Source of the DNA: Leucoraja ocellata
Taxonomy: Eukaryota
Assembly: GCA_036785375.1 (NCBI GenBank)
Contig: JAWMAR010000226.1
Span: forward strand, 2,852,001-2,916,000
Direction of reading: 5' to 3'
DNA: 64,000 nt
In this document: positions 61,755-64,000 of the stretch, in pieces
Numbering within the stretch: the first letter of the stretch is position 1
How the letters are laid out: every line of letters begins with the position of its first letter
Made by a program: the position numbers and the translations under genes
Notes under the pieces: generated by a model
Database searches by the model: none
Told to the model about the DNA's origin: nothing
The model's input: only the letters and a program-made list of their open reading frames with translations

Positions 61755-61989
61755 GTTTCATGTTTTGTAATGGGCGAACAATTGAATTACACCGAAGATT
61801 TGGACCATTGATCTTTGCACATCCAAGACACAAAATACCGGAGATCCTCACGAAACGTGACCCATTCCTTCTCTCCAGAGATGCTGCCTGCCCCCCTGAG
61901 TTGCTCAGGCATTTTGTGTCTATTTTCGGTGTAAACCAGCTTCCTACACAATGTTATTACAGTGCCTGCTAGATGAATTCTAATATCTC

Positions 61990-63060
61990 AGGACGAATTC
62001 CGTTCCCGGACAGAACAGCATCGCATCTTATGCCACTGCCCACACACACACGGCTCAGTAACGTTGCAAGATTTGGGTGTGCAATGTTGCACTCGGTCTG
62101 CTCCCGTTTCGCGGCTGAAACTCAGTGCGTAACTCTGGATATTGCTCAATGCACAAAGGTCGCTGCGCTTCTCAAACATTCGCCACCTCCCATCGATTCC
62201 ATTGCCTCCCCCCTCAATGTAATTATGGTAGCGACTGCCTCCTCCCCTCAGTGGGTGTTCATTCCCTTTCCCACCTCGCCCGGCTGCTGCTGGGGTGTGT
62301 TTGTGTGTGAGAGAGTGAGAGAGCAAAGATCATATGAGTTAGAGAGAGAGATCCAGAGGTCGGTAGAGTGAGGGGGCGGATACAAGCCCTTCTTCAATGT
62401 AGGGTGAGGGTGCAGCACAGTATGGAGTGGAGGAGAGGTGCACTACGCCCCCATCCAGTATGGGGGGGGGGGGGGGAGTGCAGTGCAACCCCTCCCTCGC
62501 TGTGGATCAAGAGCTGCCCCTCCCTGAGTGCCGGTGTGGGGCGGGATTATGCCTCGGGGGAGAGAGGAAGGGAGGGGGAGGGGTGGGAAACATGCAGGGC
62601 GGCCGCTCCCTCTGCGTGTGATTGTGTTGGGGAGGGTATAGATTGGCCCTTCCCTCAAGGGGGGGGGGGGGGGTGCAGAGGAGTGTGTCAGTGGGTGTAG
62701 GGCGGCCCTCCCTCAAAAACAGGGGGGAGTTGCAGAGCAGAGCAACCTCTCCGGGTGTGTGAACGGGGAGGTTGCAGAGTTTCTCCTCCCTGTGTATCGG
62801 GGTCCGGGGTTGCAGGGCAGCCCCATCCCTCAGCGTGTATTGGGGGGCTATAGAATTGTGTGTGGGTGTGTGGATGCGGGGTGTCCCCTCCCTGTGTGTG
62901 TGTGTGTTGGTGTGTGTGTGTCCCTCCCTCCCTCCCGCTGTCTCCCCGTGGCGGTGCCCAAAGATCTTTGGCGGTGCCTCAGTCAGTCAGTGCTCCACCG
63001 CCTCCCACTGTCGCTCCTGATGTTTGACACTATTTCCCGACCCTCAACTCATGCCACACG
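61990..63060. promoter_or_regulatory. GC/CpG-rich, low-complexity block downstream of the tRNA (candidate promoter-proximal region)
   Basis: Elevated GC and CpG, GC boxes (ggggcgg at ~62372 and ~62537), G runs. No convincing ORF. Confidence 0.3.
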
Positions 63061-63275
63061 TGCAATCACCCCCCCCCCCCTCCCCCACATTCTTTCATTG
63101 TATTGAAAGTTTTGCATTTATGTTTCAAGGGCAAACGTGCTACTGTTGACATGTTGTCTCTGGAGCATATGCACTAAGTAATAGCAGTCTTATTCTTATT
63201 AAAGCAGTCCAACTGTTCCGAACAGCACAGCGAACATCGCACAAGGCTGGCATTTATATTCCGTTTCCTCGTGGT

Positions 63276-63402
63276 ATTTGTGTAGGAAGGAACTGCAGAT
63301 GCTGGTTTAAACCGAAGGAGGGTCTCGACCCGAAACATCACGCATTCCTTCTCTCCAGAGAAGCGGCCTTTCCCGCTGAGTTACTCCAGCATGTTGTGCC
63401 TA
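63276..63402. mobile_element. Penelope-derived inverted-arm element
   Basis: gggtctcgacccgaaacatc core remnant. 10-bp TSD TCCTCGTGGT (63266-63275, 63403-63412). Confidence 0.75.
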
Positions 63403-64000
63403 TCCTCGTGGTGTTTTATTTATTTCCAAGGTACATGATGTAACATCGCTCCGCAATAAATTTATTAGTAACAAAAATATTGCTTAAGTTTGGTAGTGGT
63501 ATTTTGCTCAGTGTATCGACATTTGTGATTACATGGTTTGTGTTAATAACTACATATGATCGGCAATATAAAAACACTAAATAATCCAATTGGCTGTGCC
63601 GCTCTTATTGAATCCTAATTTAGAACAGTGTCTCTTACACTTGTGGATATCCTGGCGAAAAGAGCTAGATTTATTTTACCACACGAGGCACCTCATTTCC
63701 TTTTATTTCTTCCTTCAATTACATAAAGTTTCCCCTCTGTCTAATTTAACTACTTTTTATGCTGCTGTCTTCTAACTGCTCTTTGAATATATTAAAAATG
63801 TTATTCATAATTCTTTATTGATGGTCAGAAATAAGATTAGGCTAGTCCATTACATGCACGTTGTACTCTCCTTCCAAAATAACTCCAGGTTCAAAGCAAA
63901 CACTGATAAAACGTGCAATTATTTCCCAAAAATAAATGTTATTCAGAATTAAAAAATATATAAAACAATAACTGTACAAAAACTCTTCCAACATACTCAG

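Overview
Repeat-rich vertebrate genomic DNA, most likely intronic or intergenic sequence of a cartilaginous fish (skate/ray-like; inferred from HE1-type V-SINEs, HER1/CR1 LINE tails and DeuSINE remnants). I recognise no host protein-coding exon. The only intact host gene is a tRNA-Val(TAC) at 61671-61743. Much of the window is transposon-derived: CR1, Rex1/Babar, Tx1 and L1 LINE fragments, Penelope GIY-YIG remnants, SINEs, two solo LTRs, Tc1/mariner- and Harbinger-type MITEs, a non-autonomous Helitron family and an internally deleted Gypsy element. Four observations stand out. (1) About 20 dispersed 90-240 bp elements carry a minimal type-I hammerhead-ribozyme-like core (CTGAAGA-stem-GAAACGTC); several have 9-15 bp target-site duplications, consistent with Penelope-driven non-autonomous retroelements. 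(2) A Gypsy element is reduced to an in-frame gag-integrase fusion, and its 3' LTR has captured a 121-bp copy of integrase sequence. (3) A five-element nested insertion pile occupies 26.1-32.1 kb. (4) A 38-bp palindromic mini-transposon has an 8-bp TSD. All family assignments come from reading the sequence and recalled motifs, not database searches. Boundaries of old elements are approximate.
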